Source: Macrostomum lignano
Lineage: Eukaryota
DNA: 64,000 nucleotides
Reading direction: 5' to 3'
Assembly (NCBI GenBank): GCA_002269645.1
Contig: NIVC01002053.1
Coordinates: 99,837 to 163,836, forward strand
Each line of letters opens with the position of its first letter. Within the stretch, counting starts at the first letter, position 1. The notes beneath the pieces were generated by a model. That model was not told where the DNA came from. It did no database searches and saw nothing but the letters and a program-made list of their open reading frames with translations. The position numbers were made by a program, and so were the translations under genes. Shown piece by piece: positions 46,682-59,169 of the stretch.

Positions 46682-49600
46682 TTATACTAGATGCTCACAC
46701 ACGCAATAGGTCCTGAAAATCAGACAGCAAAGTTGACTAAGCGCAACGCAGATAATTTGACTGTCCTCCGCCATTCGGTCCAGCAGGCGGCGCAGCCCGG
46801 CCTCCGTCAGGCCCGGGTAGCAGCCGCGCCGCTCCCTCCGCAGCCGGCCCAGCAAGGCCAGCTCACTGACTCCGCCGCCGCTGCCCGTAGGAGCCGCCGC
46901 CGACGCCATCGACGCCGATGCTCCACCTCCTTCTGTTGAAGCGTCTCGCAGATGGCGCAGCGTCGCCACAATGTCCGCCCGAAGTCTCGAGTCGGCCTCG
47001 CACAGCTGGTACTGCTGGCGGCCAGTGTCCTCGCATAGCCAGGCCCGCAGCTGGCCGGATGCGACCAGCGGATCCAGCAGCCCCGACTTGATCGCCTGCT
47101 TGGTGCCAATCGACGACAGCCAGTTGGCGCTGAGCAGCAGATCCGGCAGAGTGAACTGGTGCAACCGGTGCGCGCGCAGGTGCTCAACCAGGCGCTCCTG
47201 AGACTGAGTCTCCTGGGAGATTGTGTTTTCGTTATTGAAACAGACTTTAAATCAGTTAGAGTTGCTTGTTTGGCGATAAATTAAAATAGAAAACTGAGAA
47301 TCCGAATTAAGGCTTCGACGTGTTATGAATTTCTGTACACTAAAGCCTAACCTCCTCTAACCTCAACACCCAGCTTATTTCTGTGTTTCATCAGAGAATA
47401 CACTTACTGCATTTGTTACATTTTAATGTCGAAAAAGTTGCATAATAATGCCCGATACATACGGTACAGCCGGGGCGTCGCCACAAAGGGAAAGGGGACA
47501 TGTCCATGTCTTCATGTCTTCAGGACGCCAAAATGAGTGCCTGCGGTGCCAAAATGAGTGCCTGCGGCGCCAAAATGAGTGCCTGCGGCGCTAAAATGAG
47601 TGCCTGCGGCGCTAAAATGAGTGTTTGCGGCGCCAAAATGAGTGCCTGCGGCGCTAAAATGAGTGCCTGCGGCGCCTAAATGAGTGTCTGCGGCGCCAAA
47701 ATGAGTGCCTGCGGCGCTAAAATGAGTGCCTGCGGCGCCTAAATGAGTGACTGCGGCGCCTAAATGAGTGTCTGCGGCGCCAAAATGAGTGCCTGCGGCG
47801 CCTAAATGAGTGTCTGCGGCGCCAAAATGAGTGCCTGCGGCGCTAAAATGAGTGCCTGCGGCGCCTAAATGAGTGCTAACAACACCAATTCCCAAAATAA
47901 TGTAGGAATTTTTTCATGTAGAATTCCTGACATTGTCCCCCATCATAAAAGCCGTTTTGATGGTTCCAGGCTAATTAGTAAATGTGACGAGGTTTTGTTC
48001 GAAATTTAAATTCATATTGGCTTCTCCGTTGCGTTAATTTCGGCCCTGTAATCTGATTTGATAGCCTGTCTACTAACGGTAGTATATACCGGTATGGAGA
48101 TACGCAGCTATACATGTGAGCGAAGCGGCATCACAACGTTTTCGCATCTCTTTCACTCTGTAGTAACGGAAAAAGACTTAGGTTCGATTTTATTGAGAAG
48201 CCAATAATGCTGCAAGTATTGTATAAGCGAATGCAACTCAGCGGCAAACGCGTTCCACTTTCGCGCATCTCTTCGTCCAATTCTCTCCTATTAGGGCTCG
48301 CCCCGAAGGCACAGAGCGTGTGTGCTGAATAGCCTTAGCGTTGGCGTTGTGACAGGATGCCCGCAACCCTCCTGCGAGCATTCATGTACATGTATATTTA
48401 TCTACAGGCCGAGTTCTCACTCACCCGGTGCCTGGCCGCCTCAGCCAGGCGAACCTGCCTGCTCAGCCCGTCGGGCAGCCGCAGCCGCAGGATGTAGCCA
48501 AACTGGCAGCTCGGATCGGCCAGCTGGGCCAGCCTGCTCAGCCTGAGCAGCTCCTCGTCAGGCTCGGCCATCCGATGATAGCCGCAGCTGAGCTCCCGGC
48601 TGCCGCGGAATTCCCGCACCAGGCCCCTGGCGTGCAGGCTGAGGCCCGGCCTGGGCGCCGGCTGGGCCGCCTCGGCCGCCTGCGTCTCCGCTAGCAGCAG
48701 CTCAGCCAGGCTGTCCTCAGCACCCAGCGTTGTCAGGCCGGCCAGCGCGGCTGTTGCGACGGCGCTGCTATCGCCGTAGGAACTGCCAGTCGTGGTTGCT
48801 ATGGCAACCGCGTCGAGCTGCCTGGCCGCTCGGAAACTGTGCAGCGACGGCGGCGGCGGCTGCCGCGGCTTCCACAGGGTGCAGCCGATTGAGCCGGTAC
48901 CGTCGTCAACTGCAAGGAGGAAGATGGGACGACTGCACTCAGATACTGGCAGTTTGGGAAGGGGGGCAGGGAATGATTCAGATAGGGCTGATGGCCAACT
49001 CCTAATCCTCAGTGAGTCGCTACGATCACATGACCCTTTAGTGAGTCGCTACGATCACATGACACTTTAGTGAGTCGCTACGATCACATGACACTTCAGT
49101 GAGTCGCTACGATCACATGACACTTTAGTGAGTCGCTACGATCACATGACACTTCAGTGAGTCGCTACGATCACATGACCCTTTAGTGAGTCGCTACGAT
49201 CACATGACACTTTAGTGAGTCGCTACGATCACATGACCCTTCAGTGAGTCGCTACGATCACATGACCCTTCAGTGAGTCGCTACGATCACATGACACTTT
49301 AGTGAGTCGCTACGATCACATGACACTTTAGTGAGTCGCTACGATCACATGACACTTTAGTGAGTCGCTACGATCACATGACACTTCAGTGAGTCGCTAC
49401 GATCACATGACCCTTCAGTGAGTCGCTACAATCACATGACCCTTCAGTGAGTCGCTACAATCACATGACACTTCAGTGAGTCGCACCTACCCTCAATATT
49501 TCAGTGAACCGCAACTATGCCAAGATGAATCAGGGAAGTCGCCACTATCCCCTGACACTAGTGGGCTGCCACTATTCCGTGAATCAGAAAGCAGCAACTA

Positions 49601-51065
49601 CACCAACTACTAACAAGTAGCATAACTACGAGTAGCAAAAAAGTATCTTTAACAGTAAATCCAAATTGAACGTGAGACAGGGCAGAGGTGTGCACTATTA
49701 TTGCTAATTATTAAAACTCAGCTGTGCGGGTGTGGCACAAAAACTTCGCTCACATCTGGTTTGGCCCCACCGCCCCCCCCCCTAGTCCGCGCGAACTCAC
49801 CCAAGCACTTGAAGTAACCGTCAAACTCCGTAGCCGAACGGCACAGCCCGATGACGTCAAACTTTCTGACCAGCTTTCTGCCTACTCGATATGAGACTCC
49901 GCCGTCTATAGCGGGTAGATGGAGAGATGGAAAGAGATAGGAATTACATAATGAGTAAACAATTTTCTCTTAAAGCAAGCGGAGCTTTTAAAAAGAGCGC
50001 GGCGGAGGAAGAGACTGATATTTGGAGGGCAAGAAAACTTTTTGGAGAAGTACTTTTAACTTTCTAAGCTAGAGATAGTCAACAATAAGTAGCTGTTTGA
50101 TAAGCTTGCTGAGCAGGTGAGATAGAGTGACAGCGGCGACAGGTAAAAGACTGGTAGATGGCGTAGAAGAGTAAGTGCGACAGGTAGAAGGTGTACAAGA
50201 GCAAGGAAGACAGGTAGAGGGCACAGAAGAGAGAGGGAGACAGGTAGAGGGTACAGAAGAGAGAGGGAGACAGGTAGAGGGCACAGAAGAGAGAGGGAGA
50301 CAGGTAGATGACGCAGAAGAGAGAGGGAGCCAGGTAGAGAGCACAGAAGAGAGAGGGAGACAGGTAGATGGCGCAGAAGAGAGGGAGACAGGTAGAGAGC
50401 ACAGAAGAGAGAGGGAGACAGGTAGATGGCGCAGAAGAGAGGGAGACAGGTAGAGGGCACAGAAGAGAGAGGGAGACAGGTAGAGGGCACAGAAGAGAGA
50501 GGGAGCCAGGTACATGGCGCAGAAGAGAGAGGGAGACAGGTAGAGGGCTTAGAAGAGAGAGGGAGACAGGTAGAGGGCTTAGAAGAGAGAGGGAGACAGG
50601 TAGAGGGTACAGAAGAGAGAGGGAGACAGGTAGAGGGCACAGAAGAGAGAGGGAGACAGGTAGAGGGTACAGAAGAGAGAGGGAGACAGGTAGAGGGCAC
50701 AGAAGAGAGAGGGAGACAGGTACATGGCGCAGAAGAGAGAGGGAACCAGGCAGAGGGCTTAGAAGAGACTGCTTGTCACGCCGGCTGCGGGTCAACTTTC
50801 GCCTCGATTTTCTATAGAGCCTAAAGCCCACACTGAAAGCTAAAAAGCGAAGAGACAGACGGATAGATGGCGCATAGAAACTCCAAAAAAACGAGCTAAA
50901 AAGTCTATAATGCCATTAGGCACGCCGCTAGCACTCACCGGGAGTGGACACAGCAGGTGCACTCAAGATGGCGCCAATGCAGATTGGCAGGTGCTGGCAG
51001 CAGGCTGGATCCAGCTGGGCCGCCTGCTGCTCCGCTGTAGGCTGGCCGTCATTGCCCAGCTGCAT
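46682..51065 (-). CDS. STN1: CST complex subunit STN1 (OB fold + C-terminal winged helices), ~415 aa
   Basis: Exons 51065-50939, 49905-49801, 48909-48425, 47212-46682 with consistent phases. LDPACCQHLPICIGAIL, FDVIGL, VDDGTGSIGCTLWK, ARGLVREFRGSREL and PGLTEAGLRRLLDRMAEDSQII parallel human STN1 (LDPVF, VDVLG, VDDSTGVINCICWK, PGLSEAVLQQVLELLEDQSDIV). An alternative in-frame ATG lies at 51143. Confidence 0.85.
47525..47875. repeat. 21-bp minisatellite in STN1 intron 3
   Basis: Unit aaaatgagtgcctgcggcgcc. Confidence 0.95.
49010..49485. repeat. 29-bp minisatellite in STN1 intron 2
   Basis: Unit agtgagtcgctacgatcacatgacacttt. Confidence 0.95.
50170..50765. repeat. 30-bp purine-rich minisatellite in STN1 intron 1
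   Basis: Unit agaagagagagggagacaggtagagggcac. Confidence 0.95.
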
Positions 51066-53239
51066 TATGACAGTGCCGAGCAGGGCTGCAACTATAGGCA
51101 ACGTAAACTGCCTAAATTCAATACAATCATCAGTATATCTCATAATTAGTCTCTACTGAAGTTGTTAGGCTGCGCTACAATGAGGCCCCCAGCTGTGATT
51201 CAGCTTGAGTATCTTAAAATTTATCGGTTACTTTCGAAATTGCGCCACTTGGCTCATTACCGTATAGAAAAGCTCGAATAAATGTGCGAAAAAATAAACT
51301 TGCAAAGCTCGGTTTGATTTGGTATAATTCAATGCTGCGACTTTCCGCTCAGATAACTTATTTGAATCATTCGAATTAATGAACAGATGATGTGTCGACA
51401 CAAACTAACGATGTCTTTTTTCTTTCGTCATTTAAGTTTCTTCCATAGACAATGAAGGCGTGGGGTGTAGAGGGATTTCAATGTTCAATGGTAAAGACAG
51501 GCATTAGTGAAGATCAAATCGTTACTCAATGGGAAAATCAATGTGGGACTCTGCTAAGGTATCTGCTAAGGTAATGATTAGGTATAGGATAAAACATTAT
51601 TTTTGAGGGAGCTATTTGTATAGAAATGAAAAAAGCTACCGAAAAAGACACGTTTATCTCATATCAAACATAGACGTAAAGATTTACGAGATTTACGAGA
51701 ACGCAAATACGAGTAATGTTTTGAAAGTCTTTAAAGCAATCCAGTTTCCGTAAGTAATTACGGTTTGTTATAGAATTGCAAGCATAGACGGGTCTCATCC
51801 ACTGATAAAATTTTACATAATAGAACCAGAAGACAGGCAAAACCTGCTTCTGAAGTGCGCTCTCAAGAGACTGTGCACGAATAGAGTTTAATCATGCAAT
51901 TATAGACTTGTCTAATCCTGTCTCAGAGATTGACAGGCAAATCCTAAGTCTGTCCCTTCTACAAAAACAGCAATTATTGTCTCATTAAACGGCGCAGCGA
52001 AGGACAGAAAGAGAGCACAGCCCCGCTTGCGCTTCTTTACCCGCTTTCACTGTTGCTGCCCCAGCAATCTATGCCCTGCCTGTCGTTATGAAAGCTTATT
52101 AGAGCTACAGGCCTGGAGTGTAGCGATAAAACTCAAATCCGTTGGTTGTCAGCCACGGAGAGAAAAATCTGGGTCGCACAGCAAGAAACCATCGCAGTGG
52201 CCAGAGGGAGGGGAGGCAGCGAGAAAGCGCTACTCTGACCCTCGCTGAGGCTCGCTTGCCAGCTAGTACGAGTAGAGCTGAGCAGACTCGCATTAGCAGC
52301 ACGATTATGCAGATAAGGAGCACTGCATAAAAGAACAATGAGTTGTTGCGCTAAATTGTGCTTGTATTAGGCTCGTATAGAGATGCTTAGATGAGTACAG
52401 CAAGGGACTTTTATGCTAGAACCGACAGCGTTTAACTAAATCTCCAGCTGGTCTTAATTCAACTCATACTTGCAGCATTCCTTGTATAGAAAGAGAGACA
52501 GACAGACAAGGACCGACCAGGGTGTTTACTGCATGGCAAAAGAGTAACCCGAGACCCAGACAAACTGTTCGAAAAAGAAACGAATGTCAGAGGGGCTTGT
52601 ACGAACTATACTATTCTATTGAACACGAGGGTGAGAAAAAATCTACCGAAAAGATACAATACTATTGGTTTACGAATAACACACACCCGTCAATTCCTAG
52701 AAAGAAAACTAAGAATCGTAATACATATATAAACTTTTTCTGCCAAGGAGTTGAAACAGACAGTCACTAAACTTTCGCAACATCACAAAACACAGAATTG
52801 AGATCTGTGCGTTAATTAACCTGGCTTCAACACTGGAATTCTATCGAATCGGCAAATGACAACGGGTAGGTGAAACGTGTTTACAATGGTCCAACTGCAC
52901 CAGTGGTCGTTCTGATCTGATAGAATAAGATATAATTGAAATAGGCCTTACCCACTGCAAGATGGCTAGGTGGTATCCAACAGAACAGCCGTTGCAATAG
53001 CGCGGCGCATCCAAAGGCTGCGTACAGTTTTTACAGTGCTGAGACTGGGAAGTCGCAACTCCCAGCCTGTATTTATATGAGCTGCTTCTACCGCAGCTCA
53101 AATCTGCTATCCTATCACAGCAGAGTAAACTGGAGCTTAGATTAAGTTGCCACTCGTTCACGGTGGATGCTTTGAGGAATGGCAAAAGGCAATTCAGCTT
53201 GCATGATAACCATGACAAACTCTGTTTAACAAGTCCCGA

Positions 53240-54610
53240 TTGCAACAAGACTTAAAAACCTATTTTAACCTTTTAATTGCAGAAAGCAGCCAGCGCATAT
53301 TCCTGACCCAAAGCAGCCGCTCACCATCCGCTGAGGAGGCGAACACCACGCTGGCTGTGACTCGAACCATGACCACAAGAACAAGCGCCACAACGCCAAT
53401 GACTACGAGGTCTCGAACGGCAACGGTCGCCGAGAGTAATGAGCGAATGGCAACGGAGCGTCAGCGCCGAGCTGAGGGCGCGAAACGCCTAGCCAGGCTG
53501 GAGCGAGCCAGCAGCGAGTTGGCCACCTACGGCCGGCGCAGGTTTGAAGCTACAACCGACGAGACAATAGTGCCAGCATCAGCCAGGCAACAAGTCGACG
53601 AAATTGGGTCTAAGTGCGGCCTATCACCATACACAACAGTTGTCATGGAGACAGAGACTACGCCGTCGCCGCGCGGTCCGGACAGCGGCGAGAGGCAAGC
53701 CGGTCGGATGCGGGCACGTCTAATGAATGAGCTGAGGCTGCGCCAGCCAGAGCTACCAGTCCGGTTCAGGCACGATCGGACAGCACAAGAGCTGATCCAG
53801 GAAGGCTGCTTGACCTCTCGGTCTACTCGCATCGCCGGCGGCTACCCGTGGCCAGTGAACTACAAGTACACTCCATTTCCAGAGCCGCGCTTGCAGCGTT
53901 GGACTTCGGCCCAGCGACGTCTTACAGCGGAAGCTATTGCCGCGGCAGAGGAATCGGAGCATGCGAAGGACGCCGAAGCAGACGACAGCATGGCCCAGAC
54001 TGTGCTAATTGAACTGGCAATTCCAGCGATGTCACAGAAATCGCCTTCGCCGACGCATCCGCACGTTGTATTTGATTTGCCAATGGTGACAATGTCGCTG
54101 CCGCAGCACCACCCACGCAAAGCAAGCGACAGTCAGCTGCCGACGACTACGGGCAAATTCAACGGCCTGGCACCGGTGGACAATTCTAGCGTGAAGTGGC
54201 AGCGAAGCAAGTCGCAGTCGACGGTGCAGAAGCACGCGCCGCACCGATTGCTGTCCGTGTCAACCATCGGCGACGAAGAGCGGTCCAGACGGCAGACCCA
54301 GCTGCAGAGACTGGCCCAGGTGTGCAACAGGCTGAGCAGCCATCGCCAATGCACCAAGGACGGCGCAGCCGAGGCCAGTAAAACGGAGTGCAAGCACAAG
54401 ACAGATGCTATAGACTATCTAGTGGAGGAAATCGAGGCGGCCGTGGCCAACGGCGGGCCGCTGTTCCGCACTGGGGCTGATGAGTCAGACGATCAACTAC
54501 CGGCACTGGCTTGCCCTGGCTCACTCGCTAAATCGCGTCAGCACCTGACCCGAAACTGGCTGCGGCAGCACCGTTTCCAAGGAGCTGGGCCGTCGGTCAT
54601 CATTGGCTGA
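53240..54610 (+). CDS. orphan protein, ~430-456 aa, largely low-complexity or disordered
   Basis: 1.37-kb GC-rich open frame in AT-rich surroundings, with a likely acceptor ttaattgcag at 53282. No recognisable domain; the true start is uncertain. Confidence 0.55.
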   Translation: MQQDLKTYFNLLIAESSQRIFLTQSSRSPSAEEANTTLAVTRTMTTRTSATTPMTTRSRTATVAESNERMATERQRRAEGAKRLARLERASSELATYGRRRFEATTDETIVPASARQQVDEIGSKCGLSPYTTVVMETETTPSPRGPDSGERQAGRMRARLMNELRLRQPELPVRFRHDRTAQELIQEGCLTSRSTRIAGGYPWPVNYKYTPFPEPRLQRWTSAQRRLTAEAIAAAEESEHAKDAEADDSMAQTVLIELAIPAMSQKSPSPTHPHVVFDLPMVTMSLPQHHPRKASDSQLPTTTGKFNGLAPVDNSSVKWQRSKSQSTVQKHAPHRLLSVSTIGDEERSRRQTQLQRLAQVCNRLSSHRQCTKDGAAEASKTECKHKTDAIDYLVEEIEAAVANGGPLFRTGADESDDQLPALACPGSLAKSRQHLTRNWLRQHRFQGAGPSVIIG

Positions 54611-55186
54611 TTTGCGAATGAACCACAAGTCAGTGTAGCAGCAGTGCGCACGAGCTTACAAAGATTATATTTAGCAGTAGCAAGGCGTCAGCATCAACCA
54701 AGCAATAATACTCGCTAACGCCTGGTTTGCGCATCCATTTGTATAGTACATGCGTATTACTACTGCCTGTTGAGCTGAGCTCTTTATACTCGTAACTCGT
54801 CAATTTAATGGAAACAAAGCTCCGATCTTTACAGTAGATTTATGAAGGCATACCAAGCGGTTGTCTTTAACATTATCCGACTGTCTTTGCTCGAAAATGC
54901 ATTCTCGTAATGAATCAAAATGTTTTTTAACTATTAAATTGTAAAGCTTTGAATGTGGCCTAAGGTACTGCTATATCTGTATAATATTTTTGTGCCCATT
55001 AGAACATGCATTAAGTGTGTAGTTCACCAAATCACGATGCAAAAATCGAGGATTATTGTAAATAAAATCATTTTAAACTGCGTTAAAATGATAATATACA
55101 CAAACCACTATTCGCACAGGCCATTATGGATATTTCTGTACCATTTAAAAAATGAAGATGGAGCAATCCCACAAAATGGTTTAAAT

Positions 55187-55698
55187 CAGGGGTCGGCAAA
55201 CTTTTTACCTTAAGAGCCAGATAGAGAACCTAGCGCATGACTGCGGGCCAGAGGGGATAGAGGAGAGGAAATTGAGAAGAGAAATAGGAGAAAGGAGAAA
55301 AGGGAATAAAGGAGACGAGAGACGAGGGGAGAGAAGAGATGAAATAGGAGAGAAGAGAGGAGAGGAGAGAAGAGAGGGAGAGGAGAAGGTAAGGGAGATG
55401 GGAGATGAGAGGAGGGGAGAGAGTAGAGGAGAGGAGGGGAGAGGAGAGGAGAGAGGAGAGCAGAGAGAAGAGGAGAGAAGAGAGGAGAGGAGAGAGAAGA
55501 GGAGAGAAAAGAGGAGAGGAGAGGAGAGGAGAGGAGAGGAGAGAGAAGAGGAGAGAGAGAGATGACAGAAGAGAGCTGAGAAGAGACAAACCCTGAGCTG
55601 ACCGCATTGCTATTGTGAAGCTTCAAAGGAACCGAGGGCCGGATAGAGAGGCTTCGCGGGCCGCATGTGGCCCACGGGCCGGTGTTTTCCAACCCCTG
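55187..55698. mobile_element. hAT-type MITE with perfect 8-bp TSD and an internal GA-rich expansion
   Basis: TIRs caggggtcggcaaac / gttttccaacccctg. GTTTAAAT is present at 55179-55186 and 55699-55706. The same terminus occurs as a fragment at 24574. Confidence 0.92.
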
Positions 55699-55821
55699 GT
55701 TTAAATTTGGCTTCGGCATGCAGCTTCGGAGATGGTCGAGATGCCAATTCTTCCTCAAAACAGCCAGAAATAATTTTTTGGTACTTTTAACACGACGAGG
55801 TTGGAATTCAAAGCTAGTCTA

Positions 55822-56785
55822 CTTCGGGTCTGTCATAAGTAATGTCACTGATGTGAAAACAGACGAACTTGCAATCGCAGATGAACAAAACTGTACCACT
55901 CAACAACATAGAGTCCCCCAATATCAATCACCCTCTGGCAGTGCTCATACAGCTTGTCCACCTCAGCCTACAGGTGTTTTTCCTCCAACTGCCGTAACCA
56001 GTGCAACGCGGCCTGTTTGACCTCTTCATGGTTTGCGAAGCTCAAATTCAGCCTTCAGCCATTTGAACAGGAATCTCTTGCACAAGTTGAAGTCCGGGCT
56101 GTAGGGACTCTGTCAGAGCAGATTTACTCGCCATGCAGGCAGAAAATTCGAAAAAGCCTTACAGGTGTGCGGCCGTGCGGTGTCCATCTGCCACAGAACC
56201 TCGTCCAGGTGACATGGATTTGACCGGAGAGTGCGCCAGAGGTCTCCAGTGTGCCGGATAAAGTCGATAAAATACTGGCCATCGACTTTGGTGTTCGGTG
56301 GAGTTGTGCAGATGGAGACTCGTTCATTTGGCGTGAAGGCTACCAGCAGCATGGTCTTCTTGTCCAAGATGGACTTCCTGGTCACAGTCGCCCTGGAGTC
56401 CCCAGCTCCCAGCCAGCAGCGATTGTCTGCCTTGCTGCCCTTGCCATCCAGGTGGAGCCAGCTTTCATCCTCAGCAACCAGGCAGTTTAGGATGTCATTC
56501 AAGCCCCGGCTGCTAAACACCTTGCGAATCTGCTTGGTGCAGGCGTCTTGTCGAGATTCATGGTGATTTTTGTTCGCTGCATAGACGATTTTTCATCGCG
56601 TTGCACTTGCTAAATGTGCTTGGCGTATTCTTGCGATAGCTTGGGCCATAAACAACCTATGCACGTCTCAAATGCACTGGTATTGCTTCACTAAGTATAC
56701 TTTGCAGCTACGCTACCCACAAGTCCATGTGCCTACATATTTTAGACAGAAGCCTGCAGTGACATTACTTATGACACACCCGAAG
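55822..56785 (-). mobile_element. internally deleted mariner (Tc1/mariner) transposon, pseudogenised
   Basis: 29-bp TIRs cttcgggtctgtcataagtaatgtcactg / cagtgacattacttatgacacacccgaag flanked by TA. Transposase motifs VAEDESW, KKTMLLVAF, QMDTARPH, then a stop followed by QSPYSPDFNLC. Confidence 0.92.
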
Positions 56786-59169
56786 TAAGTCATTCTAGTT
56801 TTTTTTTCTAGGACTCTTCGGTTGAAAAAATAAAATAGTAAAACAGTAAATAGTATAATAATGGAGTAACTTACTGGATAGCAAAGCTAAGGATTAACAA
56901 TTTGTTGGCCTAACATACTACGAGTACTTATGCTACTTACGAGCATAAGTAGAGGGTAAAGAACACAATAAGCTGTCCACGAAACGATTAAGTTACCTAC
57001 CAATTAGCTAGCTATTAGTGAAGATAAATTGTGCTACAGAGAAATGACCCATAACTATTTTATGATATGCAAAATCCTTTACAAAGAAAGTAAATAAATT
57101 AAAGTAAACTTTTATTGAAATAATCCATGTAGAGAAATTGCCATTGCGCAAGATTCTATTATTTAAGTTAAAGCAAAACGGCAATAAATAAGTGTTTATG
57201 TAACAAACAAATAAAAACAAATAAGCACAGCAACTGTAAGACTTTGAAGTAATACAAAGCGCTTTATCATTTGAAAAGTGAAAGAAAATGTTGTCGGACA
57301 ATATTTAATTTCACAATAAGTCAATAAAACATAATAGTGCACTCGTGTTTGTTAATTACAAAAACGGCATTACGCAAATAGATAAGTGAGTTGAGTAGTT
57401 AATTGAGATCTATTCAGTTACAAAATTTCCGTGGAGTCACGAGGGATAAATAAATAAACGGTTTACTTTAAACTGTATTAAACAATTTATTGCTGTACTG
57501 AGTCGCCAATAATAAAAAAAGTTTCTCTCTCTTTCTTAGTCTGAAAATTCGGGCTGGTCGGTGCAGTAATGCAGTTACGAGCGTAATCGGCACATACTGG
57601 ACTTTAAGTGAATCCGTCCTTCCTATATGCATGTACATGGCGTAGTAGGTTCGGGCCATTAAAACTTTATTTAGCAAATTTTAAATAGCTACGAGTGTAC
57701 GCAGCCGCGAGTGAGTGAAGCGGTTAGGTTTATCGATTTTTTCAACCCTACAGTCCTAGATTTTCTAACCACGGCTATTGGCTACGCCGCTCTGGCTAGA
57801 GGTGGCTGAGGCTTATCGATTTTATTATCTGTTTTTAAAACCCCAACCATTAATCTTTTCTAACCTCCGATAGCCGTCATAATGAATGGCTATAGGCTAA
57901 GCAGACTTCTAGCCACAACGGCGGCCTGACTGACTGGGGTAATTGAGGAATATCGATTTTTAGTGTTTTCCACCCTAGCCTCTAACCCCGATAACCATGC
58001 TAGGCTTATCGGTTAACAGACGTGAACTTTTAATCGTTTTGTTATTAACTACGCTACCCCACTTCACGAAGTGTGTTGATAATACAAGACACGGAATCAA
58101 GTTATTTTGTACAACTCCTAGGACAGGGCAGGGCCCATACATTATAAAGTAACAAGCTGTAGGTGTAGATTATTAAACTGACAAAAACGATACTGAATTA
58201 AAATATAAAGGATACGTTAGTTGAGAGCAATAAACGCCTGATTAAAATGTCAGGTAAGTGCATTTGCAAAGATTAACGACAGGACAGGGAAATAAAATAT
58301 TGAAATACACTCAGTACTTGTGATTGAATGAACAAACTGTAAAGATGCATAGTTGCGAACTATAAGCAACTGTCAAAACTCTGATGAATGCAGAAATACG
58401 AGCAAATACGTACAACTTGGACTGTCATGCTGATAAGAAAATTGTCATTGAGAAACTGCACACAGAAACACGTGCATGGACTTCCGTCGCTCCCGCCTCA
58501 ACTCAAAATGCAAGCAAGATCAATTTTAATAAAACTCCCTAAACACCAGTATTGATTATTTATTGATAGGTACAAATATATAAATAGATTTTTGGTCTAC
58601 TAAAAAACTTGAAAACAGCACAATAAAGATGTGACAATGTGGACTCTCACCGAGTAGTGCATAGTTGACACACTGCTTGCAGATATAAGACGTTTATAAA
58701 AAAATAAACATAAAGCAGTGGAAAAATCAAGGATTTAGCTTTATATATGTATTATCGTAAGGAATCAAAGAAAATAAACAGGATTGTGGGCGTTGAGTGA
58801 GCAACCAGTGGTTTAGTACAACTTAATACAAAAATATAAGTGATTTGTTTGAAAATAAATCGGCTATATGATGCCTAAATAGTGACAAAAATACGTGTCA
58901 TATGTGATTATAATAAACACAGGTAAAGATTAACAAACAGCATGTACAGGTTACAGATACAATGTGACATGCAGAGTTTAGATATGATATATAAATGCTC
59001 AGAAGCACACAAAAAACAATCTTATCGAAAGTTTAGATTATTTTAACTTGGCTGACAGTGATTGTGACAGGAAAAAGTTGCGGGCAGGAAGAAGGGCTAT
59101 TATATACATGCGCACAAAAAAGTACACAGCTGGTCATGCAATCGAGACTAAGATAAGCGGCGTCACGAA

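Noticed and set aside
46682-47212. Link between STN1 and the TTAGGG tracts 10 kb away
   Set aside because: There is no mechanistic basis; the tracts belong to a dispersed repeat and the proximity is likely coincidental.
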